Source of the DNA: the human T2T-CHM13v2.0 reference genome, Homo sapiens
Assembly (NCBI RefSeq): GCF_009914755.1
Contig: NC_060925.1
Length of the DNA stretch: 64,000 bases
Direction: 5' to 3' (one strand)
Shown here: positions 42,391-57,410 of the stretch, in pieces
How the letters are laid out: every line of letters starts with the position of its first letter
Numbering within the stretch: the stretch's first letter is position 1
Notes under the pieces: model-generated
Told to the model about the DNA's origin: nothing
The model's input: only the letters and a program-made list of their open reading frames with translations
The model's database searches: none
Translations under genes and position numbers: made by a program

Positions 42391-42712
42391 TAAAAAAAAT
42401 AAATAAATAAATTAAAAGTGTTTGAAGATAAGTTGTCCCTCTGTCACCCAGACTGGAGTGCATTGACACGATCATAGCATCATAGCTCACGGTAACCTTA
42501 TACTCCTTGGTTCAAGTGATCCTCTTGCCTCAGCCTCCTAATGAGCTAGGACCACAAGCACACACTACTATGCCTAGTTAACATTTTTTTTTGTAGAGAT
42601 GGGATCTTGATATGTTGCTCAGACTGACCTCAAACTCCCAGCCTCAAGCAATCCTCCCACCTTGACCTCTCAAAGCACTAAGATTACAAGCTTGATCCAC
42701 TACGCCCAGCTA
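42391..42712 (-). mobile_element. AluJ inside Tigger2, tail in inverted orientation
   Basis: Reverse Alu body 42424-42712; TSD TGAACAC(T/G)TTTTCT at 42377-42390 and 42713-42726. Confidence 0.87.
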
Positions 42713-42814
42713 TGAACACGTTTTCTGCATTGGTTTCATGATGGTTTGTCCCTGACATTGGGAAGCCCCTTAGCAACAAAGGCCTGTTTTTGAAAATTCT
42801 TTTGCGATTATTTG

Positions 42815-43707
42815 CAAGATGGCCGAATAGGAACAGCTCCAGTCTACAGCTCCCAGCGTGAGTGACGCAGAAGACGGGTGATTTCTGCATTTCCATCTGA
42901 GGTACCGGGTTCATCTCACTAGGGAGTGCCAGACAGTGGGCGCAGGTCAGTGGGTGCACGCACCGTGTGTGAGCCGAAGCAGGGCGAGGCATTGCCTCAC
43001 TTGGGAAGCGCAAGGGGTCAGGGAGTTCCCTTTCCGAGTCAAAGAAAGGGGTGATGGACGCACCTGGAAAATCGGGTCACTCCCACCCAAATACTGCGCT
43101 TTTCCGACGGGCTTAAAAAACGGCGCACCACGAGATTATATCCCGCACCTGGCTCGGAGGGTCCTACCCCCATGGAGTCTTGCTGATTGCTGGCACAGCA
43201 GTCTGATATCAAACTGCAAGGCGGCAGCCAGGCTGGGGGAGGGGCGCCCGCCATTGCCCAGGCTTGCTTAGGTAAACAAAGCAGCTGGGAAGCTCCAACT
43301 GGGTGGAGTCCACCACAGCTCAAGGAGGCCTGCCTGCCACTGTAGGCTCCACCTCCGGGGGCAGGGCACAGACAAACAAAAAGACAGCAGTAACCTCTGC
43401 AGACTTAAATGTCCCTGTCTGACAGTTTGAAGAGAGCAGTGGTTCTCCCAGCATGCAGCTGGAGATCTGGGAACCAGCAGACTGCCTCCTCAAGTGGGTC
43501 CCTGACCCCTGACCCCCGAGCAGCCTAACTGGGAGGCACCCCCAGCAGGGGCACACTGACACCTCACACGGCAGGGTATTCCAACAGACCTGCAGCTGAG
43601 GGTCCTGTCTGTTAGAAGGAAAACTAACAAACAGAAAGGACATCCACACCAAAAACCCATCTGTACATCACCATCATCAAAGACCAAAAGTAGATAAAAC
43701 CACAAAG
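42815..43707 (+). promoter_or_regulatory. L1 5'UTR internal sense promoter and antisense promoter
   Basis: YY1 site CAAGATGGCCG at 42815-42825; CpG-rich first ~450 bp; promoter function is established for this family, activity here untested. Confidence 0.75.
43039..43254 (-). CDS. ORF0: L1 antisense ORF0, 71 aa, uninterrupted
   Basis: MAGAPPPAWLPPCSLISDCCASNQ...FSRCVHHPFL*, the last 71 aa of track ORF 43039-43323. Confidence 0.8.
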   Translation of the reverse strand: MAGAPPPAWLPPCSLISDCCASNQQDSMGVGPSEPGAGYNLVVRRFLSPSEKRSIWVGVTRFSRCVHHPFL

Positions 43708-44724
43708 ATAGGGAAAAAACAGAGCAGAAAAACTAGAAACTCTAAAAAGCAGAGCACCTCTCCTCCTCCAAAGGAACGCAGTTCCTCACCAGCAACAGAA
43801 CAAAGCTGGATGGAGAATGACTTTGACGAGCTGAGTGAAGAAGGCTTCAGACGATCAAATTACTCTGAGCTATGGGAAGACATTCAAACCAAAGGCCAAG
43901 AAGTTGAAAACTTTGAAAAAAATTTAGAAGAATGTAAAACTAGAATAACCAATACAGAGAAGTGCTTAAAGGAGCTGATGGAGCTGAAAACCAAGACTCG
44001 AGAACTACGTGAAGAATGCAGAAGCCTCAGGAGCCAATGCGATCAACTGGAAGAAAGGGTATCAGCAATGGAAGATGAAATGAATGAAATGAAGCAAGAA
44101 GGGAAGTTTAGAGAAAAAAGAATAAAAAGAAATGAGCAAAGCCTCCAAGAAATATGGGACTATGTGAAAAGACCAAATCTACGTCTCATTGGTGTACCTG
44201 AAAGTGATGGGGAGAATGGAACCAAGTTGGAAAACACTCTGCAGGATATTATCCAGGAGAACTTCCCCAATCTAGCAAGGCAGGCCAACGTTCAGATTCA
44301 GGAAATACACAGAATGCCACAAAGATACTCCTTGAGAAGAGCAACTCCAAGACACATAATTGTCAGATTCACCAAAGTTGAAATGAAGGAAAAAATGTTA
44401 AGGGCAGCCAGAGAGAAAGGTCGGGTTACCCTCAAAGGGAAGCCCATCAGACTAACAGCAGATCTCTCGTCAGAAACCCTACAAGCCAGAAGAGAGTGGG
44501 GGCCAATATTCAACATTCTTAAAGAAAAGAATTTTCAACCCAGAATTTCATATCCAGCCAAACTAAGCTTCATAAGCGAAGGAGAAATAAAATACTTTAT
44601 AGACAAGCAAATGCTGAGAGATTTTGTCACCACCAGGCCTGCCCTAAAAGAGCTCCTGAAGGAAGCACTAAACATGGAAAGGAACAACCGGTACCAGCCG
44701 CTGCAAAATCATGCCAAAATGTAA
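43708..44724 (+). pseudogene. ORF1: L1 ORF1; start codon ATG>ATA, frame otherwise open (304 aa from Met35 at 43810)
   Basis: aaagATAgggaaaaaacag at 43708; coiled coil, RRM and CTD motifs (YVKRPNLRLIG, ARREWG, YPAKLSF) intact. Confidence 0.9.
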
Positions 44725-44787
44725 AGACCATTGAGACTAGGAAGAAACTGCATGAACTAACGAGCAAAATAACCAGCTAACATCATA

Positions 44788-46977
<2,190 letters not shown>

Positions 46978-48889
46978 ACAATGAGATCACATGGACACAG
47001 GAAGGGGAATATCACACTCTGGGACTGTTGTGGGGTGGGGGGAGGGGGGAGGGATAGCATTGGGAGATATACCTAATGCTAGATGACAAGTTAGTGGGTG
47101 CAGCGCACCAGCATGGCACATGTATACATATATAACTAACCTGCACAATGTGCACATGTACCCTAAAACTTAAAGTATAATAAAAAAAATTTAAAAAAAA
47201 AAGAAAATTATTTTGCTATTGAACAATGTCTCTGCTCATTCAGAACCTCATGAGTTCAGCACTGAAGGGATAAAAGTGGTCTATTTGTCCCTAAACACAA
47301 CATATCTAATTTGGCCTCTAGCTCAAGGGGTCATAAAAACTTTTAAGACTCATTACATATGGTACTTTATGGAAAAAAATTGTCAACATCATGAGAGAAT
47401 CCCAATGGAGAGAACATCATGAAAGTCTGGAAAAATTACACCACTGAAGATTTTGTCGTTGTTATAGAAAAAGCCAGGAAAGCCATCAAACCCAAAACAA
47501 TAAATTCCCACTGGGGAAAACTGTGTTTAGATATTGTCCATGACTTCACAAGATTTATGACACAGCCAATCAAGGAAATCATGAAAAAGTTTGTGGATAC
47601 GGCAAAAAGGGTGAGGGGTGAAAAGTTTCAAGATATGGATCTTGGAGAAATTCAAGAGCTAACACACACCACAGCAAAGGAATTAGAAGAATTAACAAGA
47701 TAATTTCATGGAAATGAGCATTTCCAAACCAGTGCCAGACAATGAGGAAGAAGATAGAAACGGAGCAGTGCCAGAAAAATTGACATCAGGCAATCTGGCA
47801 GGAGGGCTCTGATTATCCAAGACTGCTTTTGACTTATTTTACAAAATGAACCCTTCTATGATACAGGCACTTAAACTAAAACAAACTGGAAGAAAGATTG
47901 GTACCATATAGAAACATTTTTACAGAAATGAAAAAGCAAAAAGTCGACAGAAATCAGTGCCTTTTGTAAAGTTACACCAAGTTCGTTTGCTTTCCACGCC
48001 TCCCATTCCACCTCCTCCACCTCTTTCACTGCTGCCACCCCTGAGACCACAAGACCAATCGCTCCTCTTCCTCCTCTACAATCTACTCAATGGGAAGACC
48101 ATGTGGATGAAGATCTTTACGAAGATCCTGTTCTGCTTATTGAATATTACATATATTTTCTCTTTCTCATGATCTTCTTAACATTTTATTTTCTGTAGCT
48201 TACTTTATTGTAAAAACATGGTATATGAAGCATATAACACACAAAACATGTGTTAATCGATTGTTATCGGTGAGGCTTCCGGTAAACAGCAAGTTATTAC
48301 TGGTTAAGTTTTTGTGGAGTTAAAAGTTATATGCAGATTTTTACCTGCATAGAGTGTCTGCACCCTTAACCCCTATGTTGTTCAAGGGTCAGCTGTATAT
48401 ATCTTATTGGTTCTGTGTCTCTGAAGAATCTTGAATAAAACAGTTTCCAAATATTTGGAAATATTCCAGAGGCCTTTTTATTTTTTAATTTCTAATTTTT
48501 CCATTGTAGTCAGACAACATACTTTGTATAATTTGAATACTTTTAAGTTTAGGGAGAATTATTTTATTACCCAGAATATGGCCTATCTTGGTAAATGTTA
48601 TGTGTGTACTTAAAAATAATGTGTATTCTGTTATTGCTGGGTAGAATGTTCCAAAAATGCCTTTTAGGTAACCTTGATTGGTATTGTTGTTTAAGTTTCT
48701 ATACCCTTACTTATTTAGTATTTTATTATACAGAATATTTGCTTTATCCGCTTTTGCAAAAGGAACACTGAAATGTGCCACTATTCTAGTGGATTTGTCT
48801 ATTTTTCCTGTACTTAGTTTTTGCTCCATTATTTTTAAATTCTGTTAATAGGTTCATAATGTTTAAGAATGTTATGTCCTATATATTTT

Positions 48890-50358
48890 TTCTCTTTTAA
48901 TTTTAACTTTAATTTTTCATTTTTGTGGGTACATAGTAGGTGTATATATATTTATGGGTCACATAAGAAATTTTGATACAGGCATGCAATGCTTAACAAT
49001 CACATCAGGGTAAATGGGGAAGCCATACCTCAAGCATTTACCCTTTGTGTTACAAACAATCCAATAATAATCTTTTAGTTATTTAAAAATGTACAATTAA
49101 ATTATTTTTGACTATAGTTACCCTGTTGTACTAACAAATACTAGGTCTTATTCATTCTTTGTATTTTTTTTGGTACCCATTAAGCCATCCTCATCTCCCC
49201 TCCACGCCCCAACTACCCTTCCCAGACTCTGATAACCATCCTTCTACTGTATCTCTGTGAGTTCAATTGTCTTAATTTTTACCTCCCACAAATAAGTGAG
49301 AACACAGGAAGTTTGTCTTTCTGTTCCTGGCTCATTTCACTTAACATAATAACCTCCAGTTTCATTTATGTTTGCGAATGACAGGATCTCATTTTTTTTA
49401 TGTCTGAATAGTACTTCATTGTATATATGTACCACATTTTATTCATCCCTTCATCTATTGATGGACACAGGTTGCTTCCAAATCTTGGCTATTGTGAATA
49501 GTGCTGTGATAATCATGTAAGTTCAGATACCTCTTTGATATACTGACTTCCTTTATTTTGGGTAGATACCTAGCAGTGTGATTGCTGGATCATATGGTTG
49601 TGCCATTTTTAGGTGTTTTTTGTTGTTGTTGTTATTTGTTGGTTTGTTTTTGCTGTTTGTTTTTTGGAGACAGAGTCTTGCTTTGTCATCCAGGCTGTAG
49701 TTCAGCAGCACAATCCCGGCTTCCTGCAACCTCCACCTCCTGGGTTCAAGTGATTCTCGTGCTTCGGCCTCCCAAGTAGCTGGCACTACAGGTCTGTGCC
49801 ACCATGCCCGGCTAATTTTTTGTATTTTTAATAGAGATGGTGTTTTGCCATGTTGGCCAGGCTGGTCTCGAACTCCTGAGCTCAGGCAGTCCTCCCTCCT
49901 TGGCCACCCAAAGTTCTAGGATTACAGGTGTAAGCCACCACATCTGGCCTATTTTTAGTTTTTTGAGGAACCTCCAAATTGTTCTCCATAGTGGTTGTAC
50001 TAATTTATATTCCCACCAACTGTGTACAAGGGTTGCCTTTTCTCCACATTCTTGACAGCATTTGCTATTGACTATTTTTTTTTTTTTTTGGATAAAAGCC
50101 ATTTTAGCTGTGGTGAGATGATATCTCATTGTATATTTGATTTGCATTTCTCTAATGATCAATGATGATGAGCACATTTTTATATGCTTGTTTCTCATTT
50201 CTATGTCTTCTTTTGAGAAATGCCTATTCAAATCTTTTGCCCATTTTTAATTAGATTATTACATTTTTTTCCTATAAAGTTGTTTGAGCTCCTTACATAT
50301 CTGGTTATTAATCCCTTGTCAGATGGGGAGTTTGCAAATATTTTCTCCCATTCTGTGA
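48890..50358 (-). mobile_element. 5'-truncated L1MA2-like element
   Basis: tttttgtgggtacatagtaggtgtatata...tgatacaggcatgcaatg; ORF2 C-terminal peptide in ORF 49812-50231. Confidence 0.85.
49613..49949 (-). mobile_element. AluS inside L1MA2, tail converted to (TTG)n-like repeat
   Basis: Reverse Alu; atttttag on both flanks. Confidence 0.9.
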
Positions 50359-52009
50359 GTTTTCCCCCTCTAGCCTGTGTGCTGTTTTCAAACATTTACT
50401 TCTACACATTATAAACTTCAGCACCCAAATAACTCTTATTCTTCATGTGCTGCTGCTTGTCTACTTGTAGCTGATTTACATAGTAGGATACTGTACTGAT
50501 GCGGAAACCTTCCCCTGCTCTTTAGAAAGAAAAAGATAACCTCCCCTTGCATATACTTAGAGACACCCAGGTAGAAGAGGACAAACTACAATCTCTCAAT
50601 GCCTTTACTAAATTGTTTTCTATTGTAAAATAACTATTTTTAACTTTAGGTCTGTTTTGCCAAATTCAGTTGAGATTGTTTTATTTTGATGGTTTCACGC
50701 AATAATTGCACTAGGATCTATTGCTCCTACAGGGAAAAAACAAACAAACCACACTTGTCATTGTATATGTTAACATTGATAACTAATGAATGATCATTAT
50801 TTATAAGCACATAAAATCTTTATAATTCGATATTGAATTTCTACTTTGTGTAACATTTACCATGTCCACTATTTTGTATCTTTGTATAATGCATTCAATA
50901 TTTGTTAAAATTGCAGGCACATTAGTCTCTTGGTATAGACTCTTGATAAATTGGCTGATGGCTTCTGAAAAATGAATATAGTTACTGACAAGTATATGGC
51001 AACTTCTCAAGTAATGAATCATTGGACCCATTAATTATCATATGAGAAGACAATGAAATATATGAATAAGTAAATAAATCATTTCAATATTTTGGTAACT
51101 ATTAAGATCTAACTGAATGGTAGCTGCTGTATCATGTTGAGCATTTTAACAAGGAAATTACAACTTATTATACAAAACTATAAAATCTTATTGAAAAATG
51201 TATAATATAACCTGAATAAATGCTGAAACATTGCATGTTTCACTATCATTTGACCTAATACCCTTAAAACATCAATCCTTTACAAATTCATGTGTGTATA
51301 TATATATTTGTATATTTAATAGAATGAAACTGCATTTGATGCAATCATCAGCAGAATTTTTTGAACTGTACAAAATTATTCTAAAGTTCACAGGAAAGAG
51401 TAAATGCATTTGAATTTTCAAGGAATTGTCTTATTTAAAAAGAATTAAGTAGATCTATACATTATGAGATATTTAAACAATCAATTTATACTTACATACA
51501 TATGTATATATATGAATATATATTCACTATATTTCTCATATAAAATACATGTATATTTGGGTACATCTGTATGTACTCAAAACCTTGGAAAGGGTATAGA
51601 ACGAATTATCACTAGAAGTTGCATATGGATAATAAATCTATATGGGAAAAGTGAGTGAGATATTTATATTATTACTTTGCACAATTATTTTAAAAAGCTT
51701 CTTGGGATTACAGTAACTTGGTTGCCCAGACTGATGGCATAATCAAAGAAACAGCTAGCAAAATATACTTTGAAAATATCTTTTTTCCTTATTTGCCTTT
51801 CTTAAAAACTTTGGAGGGAAAACATAGATCAAAGTCATGCTCTTTAAAATTTATTTTGCTCCACTTCCTCACATGCAAATGTTTCTGTGTTTCTATCTTT
51901 GAAATCTAACCTATATTCAAAAATCTTGCTCTTTTTTCTTAAACCTCTCTCCTACACCAAAATTCTCCATAATCAAACCCTGAAGAACCAATCAGATCCT
52001 AAAGAACAG

Positions 52010-52265
52010 TGTAGTATATTTAATACTATTTCCAAAATATTTCTTCCTTACCCCAACGATGTCATGGGAGGTATACATTTCCCTAACACGTTGAAGTTGT
52101 GTTTCCATGTGTCTTGTTTTGGCCAATGGAATGTGTCATGTGTCTAGGCTTACAGAGGCATCACCATGTTTTTACTTGTCCCTCTGAGTACTTCTATGCT
52201 TGACCTTAATAAGAGCGTGCCTGCAATAACTGCTGCCCTTCAGTCTGTGCCCCAGCCGACCCACA
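52010..52265 (+). mobile_element. Old MLT1 (I/J-like) LTR fragment
   Basis: catgtgtcttgttttggccaatggaatgtg motif. Confidence 0.55.
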
Positions 52266-52269
52266 GACC

Positions 52270-52480
52270 TACTATGTGGCAGGCCTTTTCCTAATGGCTT
52301 TACGTGAGTTAAGCAAATTCTATCTTCAAAACAAGTCTTTGGGTTAGATAAAATTATTCCCTCTATTTTACAAGTGAGGAAATTGAAGAAAAAAGAACTT
52401 AAGTAAATTACCTAAGTTTATAGCAACAGAGGAGATTTTAAAATACTTTAGCTTCAGATACTGTTCTTTGACTACATATT
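52270..52480 (-). mobile_element. MIR SINE
   Basis: ctctattttacaagtgaggaaattgaag...aagtaaattacctaag. Confidence 0.6.
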
Positions 52481-52495
52481 AAAAATAATGCCTTC

Positions 52496-52846
52496 TGCTA
52501 TAGACTGAATATTTGTGCCCCTCTAAAACCTATATGTTGAAACCTAATCTCTAATATGATAGTACGAGGAGATAGAGCCTTTGGGAAGTAATTAGGAGAG
52601 CAGCACCCTAGAGAATGGGATTAGTACCCTTATAAAAGAGACTTCCTTTCCCTTTCTACCATATGAAGACATAGTGAGAAGATTGCTGTCTATGAACCAT
52701 GCAGCAGGCCCTCACCAGACACTAATTCTGCCAGCCTCTTAATCTTGGATTCCAGCCTCTAGAACTATGAGAAATAAAAGGTTTTGATGTGTATAAGTCA
52801 TCCAAGCTATGATATTTTATTATAGCAGTCCTAACTGAATAAGACA
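52496..52846 (+). mobile_element. MLT1A-like MaLR solo LTR
   Basis: tgctatagactgaatatttgtgccc...ctgaataagaca; TSD CCTTC/CCTTA. Confidence 0.85.
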
Positions 52847-54338
52847 CCTTAGTTTTACAAAATGTCACAAAAATATCATTCTGTATTTTATTCTAAAAAG
52901 TTCTAAAGTTTTATCTTTCAATTTCATACCTTTCATCCAAGAAAAATTTGTTTTTGTAAATTTTTTTGTAAAAAGCTTTTTGTTTTCATAAATTTGTTTT
53001 TGAAGTGAAGTAAAATTCTCTTTTAACATAGAATACCAATTAAAAACTTCCTCAGTACCTGGTACATACGTTTTATATGGAAGGCAATCAAACACATTTC
53101 TGTAGAATTAAAATAATTTTGCTTTTGGTGTTTGAATTTTCTTTATTTCAGGACAATCATTTATAATTTAAATCAGAGCACATTAGGAACTGTCCACTCC
53201 TGATTCTTCATGGCACCATTGCCCTGGTAGGTATTCACATGGGCGAGTAAATGGGTGTTAAAAGTTTAATATAAAAAAGAAAAACATTTACATCTGATGC
53301 AGGAACATTTTTTGGTTTACCATCTGAAAGCTACCAAGTAATCTTCATCCTCAAATTCATATATAAACTAGACAACAGAAATTTTATTTCCATATGACTA
53401 ATTCCAACAAAGAGACCAATAAGCAAGTTTATTCATAAGTTATTATTGAAGATCATTAAGAGCTTGGAATGAAGAAGAAGAAAGAGAGTAAAAAAACGCT
53501 AACATGATTAGTGTACTTTATAGAACCTCCTTATTAAAAGTTTATACTTACATTATTTATTTTTAGATGACAATACAAAAGACAGAAAGGTATGATATAT
53601 AAAGACTGGTGTGAATTCATCTGTCACTAAGCCTTAAAAGTACATTAAACTAAAACTATATTATAATATGACAAAAATAATGGATTTTTGCATTTTATCA
53701 TTACTAACTTTTTAAAAGTAAAAAGATGAATTAAAATAGAATTTAGGTTATTTTTTAAAAACCTCATTTTATTAGGTGTTTATATATAACATATCAGTGA
53801 TTTATATTGTATGTGCTATAGATAAAAGATTAATGGAATTGTTCATGGAATATTCAAGACTTGAAGGAAGACAGCTTTTAATGGAAGTATAAGCTCAATG
53901 CTGTTTATGGATTATTCATTATATTCTGCTTCTCACAGCATTTATATAAAGTTATATATTTAAGGTGCTATGCAATTGTTTCTACATTTTAGCTTATCAC
54001 TTGCCAATGATCTAGCTCAATTTTCATCTCCATTTAACTGGAAGGAAATGTGAAATGAAGTACTTTAGCTTCTCACACAAAATTAGGATACGTGATAAGG
54101 CTATTCTTTTTATATTTTTTAGACTAAGCTCTGAACTTACTTCACTGAATTATAGTTGACTGAAGTTTAATGTACTCTTTAGTCAATTCTGGGTGATTCC
54201 AACGTTAGCACAGAATGTTTTCAAACAGAAAGAAAGCTTATTTTAATGAGGGTGTGTTAAATAAAGACTAAGTTATGCTTCTAATATGTTTGGATGTATG
54301 CATGGACTTGTGTGTGTGTCCATTAACCACTCACCTCC

Positions 54339-54697
54339 TGTTTTAGTCTATTTTCTGTCGCTATAACACAATACCACAGACTAATTTATAAAGAAAAGTA
54401 GTTTATTTGGCTCATGGTTTTGGAGGCTGGGAAGTACCAGATTGGGCAGCTGCATCTGGTGAGGGCCTAATGCTGCTTCAGAGCAACTCAGAAAAGCAGA
54501 AGGGGAAACAGATCATGCCTGTGTGAAAGAAAAGGGAGCCAAACTCTCAAAATACCTAATCATTCCCATAAGAAATGTATTAATCTCTCTTAACAACCTA
54601 ATCACCTCTTAGACACCCTACCTTCTAACACTACCACAATGGCAATCAGATTTCAACAGGAGATTCAGAGGGGAAAAATCATATTCAAATCATAGCA
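54339..54697 (-). mobile_element. MST (B/C-like) MaLR solo LTR
   Basis: tgttttagtctattttctg...tttatttggctcatggttttggaggctgggaag...caaatcatagca. Confidence 0.82.
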
Positions 54698-55268
54698 TCC
54701 ACCAAGAATTCTTCTTCTTATTGCCCTATTGTAGCACTTTTCCTAATATGACTGCACATTCCAGAACATAATGCAGAATATAATGTATAACCCATCATCT
54801 ACTGTTTCCAGCATTTGCTTCCTGGAAATTGAAATCTCCTAATGGATGTACAAATTGTGTAGTACCTGGTGCAGTAAGAGAAAAAGGGAAGAGATGAAAT
54901 GATGATGTGATAAAAAAAAAGTCAAGGTTAGGGAAGGACACTGAGCATTGCTGCATAAAGTTCCACCTCATGTTCTGATGAGAATGACCTCTGAAAACTA
55001 GATACCATTTCTAAAGGCCATTAAAGCCTTTAATGCCTTCTTTTGGCCAATAATCCTTTTCTTATTCGGGATGTACAGCATATATACTATGAGTTTCTTC
55101 TTTTTAAAAAATTGCCTATATCCCTGGTAGTCTACCGACCAGGAAAAAGTTTTAAAAATTAAAAATAAATTAAAATTGCCTATGAAAATTCAACTAGTAA
55201 AACTCCAAGTAAAATTCCAAGTAAGGTCTATTTCTAATCTTTATTTTCAAGCATACATGAAAAGTATC

Positions 55269-55317
55269 TGTGTGTGTGTGTGTGAGTGTGTGTGTGTGTG
55301 TGTGTGCGTGTGTGTGT
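55269..55317. repeat. Interrupted (TG)n microsatellite
   Basis: About 24 TG units with two interruptions. Confidence 0.93.
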
Positions 55318-56617
55318 ATTTACATATCAGCCTAAAAGTTAACATCAGACTGATTCTTGCTCTAATATAAACATTAATATCAAAACTAGAAATAAGAAAA
55401 ATGCTCATGATTGGTGCTCTTATTAATAAGGCAGCTCTAACCAAGGTAAATAGCAAGGAAAAGAAGTGGCATAAACTTTAAAAGGATAATGCAATATTAT
55501 CATTAATTGCAGATCCTATTATTATATACTTAGAATATTCAAGAGATTGAGTTGTTTAGCTATTAGACATAAGATAATTTACTTAGTTTTCTAGATATAA
55601 AAGAGATTATTGCCTTTCTAACCAATTAGAAAATATAATGGAAATAAAAGTTAAACTTACAAAAGAAACCTCTATGAGACATCAAAGAAAAAACTTAGTA
55701 AGAAAAATGTTCACTATGTATAATAGAAACTTTAACTGCTATTGAGAGATGTCAAAAATTTTGGAATAAACGCCAATATTTATCATATTCTTGGATAAGA
55801 GGAACCAATACTATAAATATTGCAGTTCTCTATATTTTGAAGCTAGACAAGAGAATTCTAAAGTTTATATGGAGAAAAACAGGTCAGTGAGAATAGCTAG
55901 CCAATTTTAAAAAAGGAAACAAAAAAAGACTAATCCCATCAGGCATTATAAACGCACAGCAATTAAAACTGTACTTATAAAATTTATATGTGATAAATGT
56001 GGAGAAAGGATGGATTCTTCAATATAAGATATTAAAGTAACCACTACCACATACCTTTTTTTCAAATTCCTTTTATCCAGTTAAGTTTGAAATATCAATG
56101 ATTTAGTAAAATCATAAAAGTTCTAAAATGAAATACGGGAAGGTTTTTTCTTCAGTAATATTTGAACTGGGAATGCCTTTAAAAGAAATAAAATCCAGAA
56201 AAAAAGGGGAAAGATTGATGAATTTAACTGCATGAAAATTAAAATATTTGCATAAAAACAGAAAGCCCAAGGACAAAAAGTAGGAAAAAATGTAACACAT
56301 GTTACAAATGGCTAATTTCTTTCATCTACAGAGGCATGTCAAATCAATAAGAAAAGGAAAACACCAGCAATAAAAAAGCAAAGGACAGTTCTCAGATAAT
56401 AAAAATATAAGGTGTTTAGATATTTTTAAAGTAAGGGTATGCAAAATAAAAATGGGGATATTTTATTATTTTAGGAAATGAAGAAAATTAGAAAATTCAC
56501 ACCATTGGAGAGGGTATGTGATAAAAGTCATCTTCAGACATTGCTAGTAGGAGTGTAAATTAACATAAACTTTTTGAAGAACAATTTGGCAGTGTCTATG
56601 AAAATTAGAACTGTACA

Positions 56618-56794
56618 GTCCGGGTACTCTTGTGGGGTGGGGGAGGGGGGAGGGATAGCATTAGGAGATATACCTAATGCTAAATGACGAGTTAATGGGT
56701 GCAGCACACCAACATGGCACATGTATACATATGTAACAAACCTGCATGTTGTGCACATGTACCCTAAAACTTAAAGTATAATAATAATAAAAAA
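56618..56794 (+). mobile_element. Short L1PA3/4-like 3' end inserted in an older L1M
   Basis: gctaaatgacgagttaatgggtgcagcacacc; TSD AGAACTGTACA at 56607-56617 and 56795-56805. Confidence 0.9.
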
Positions 56795-57268
56795 AGAACT
56801 GTACACACTCTTATGTAGTAGTTCAACATCAAGAAATGCCTATAGATTATACTATCAAAATTTCCAAATGGCATATATGCAAGCTATTTATTGAAGCCTT
56901 GTCTAGTAACAAAAGATTTGGTTTTATAGATGTCCATAAATGATTAAATAAATAATGGTTCACCCACACAATGACATAGTTTGTAGTAATGAAAAAGAAT
57001 GGGGCATATCTCTATCTCTATGTGTTGATATGGAATACATTAAAGATAAATTTATAAAGTCAAAAACAAGATGCAAGACAAAGTGGATATTTCATATTTG
57101 GAGGTAGTGAAGTGTGACTAAATGAATTTATATATGTATCTATTTGTGTGGAATATTTCTGGGAAAATGGATACTACAAGAAGCTGCCAATGATTATTGT
57201 CACTGAATCAGTGATCTGAAGGACTGTTCTAATACTTGCCAATCCTATTTATTTTAAATAAAATGTTT

Positions 57269-57410
57269 AGCCCAGCTCAGTGGCATGTGCCTGTAGTCTC
57301 AGCTGCTTGTGAGGTTGAGGCAGGAGGATCATTTGAGCCCTGGAGTTAGACACCAGTTTGGGCAACATAGGGACCTTGTCTCAAAACAAAAAAACAAACC
57401 AAACAAATAA
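57269..57410 (+). mobile_element. FLAM-type Alu monomer
   Basis: Single arm gcctgtagtctcagct...gggcaacatagggaccttgtctc + A-rich tail. Confidence 0.8.

Noticed and set aside
47030-47053. G-quadruplex-like tract (also ~56632-56654)
   Set aside because: This is the standard L1PA 3'UTR G-rich tract, not locus-specific.
47213-47703. Possible domesticated TIGD-like transposase
   Set aside because: The Tigger2 transposase frame is broken by stops, frameshifts, two Alus and the L1PA2.
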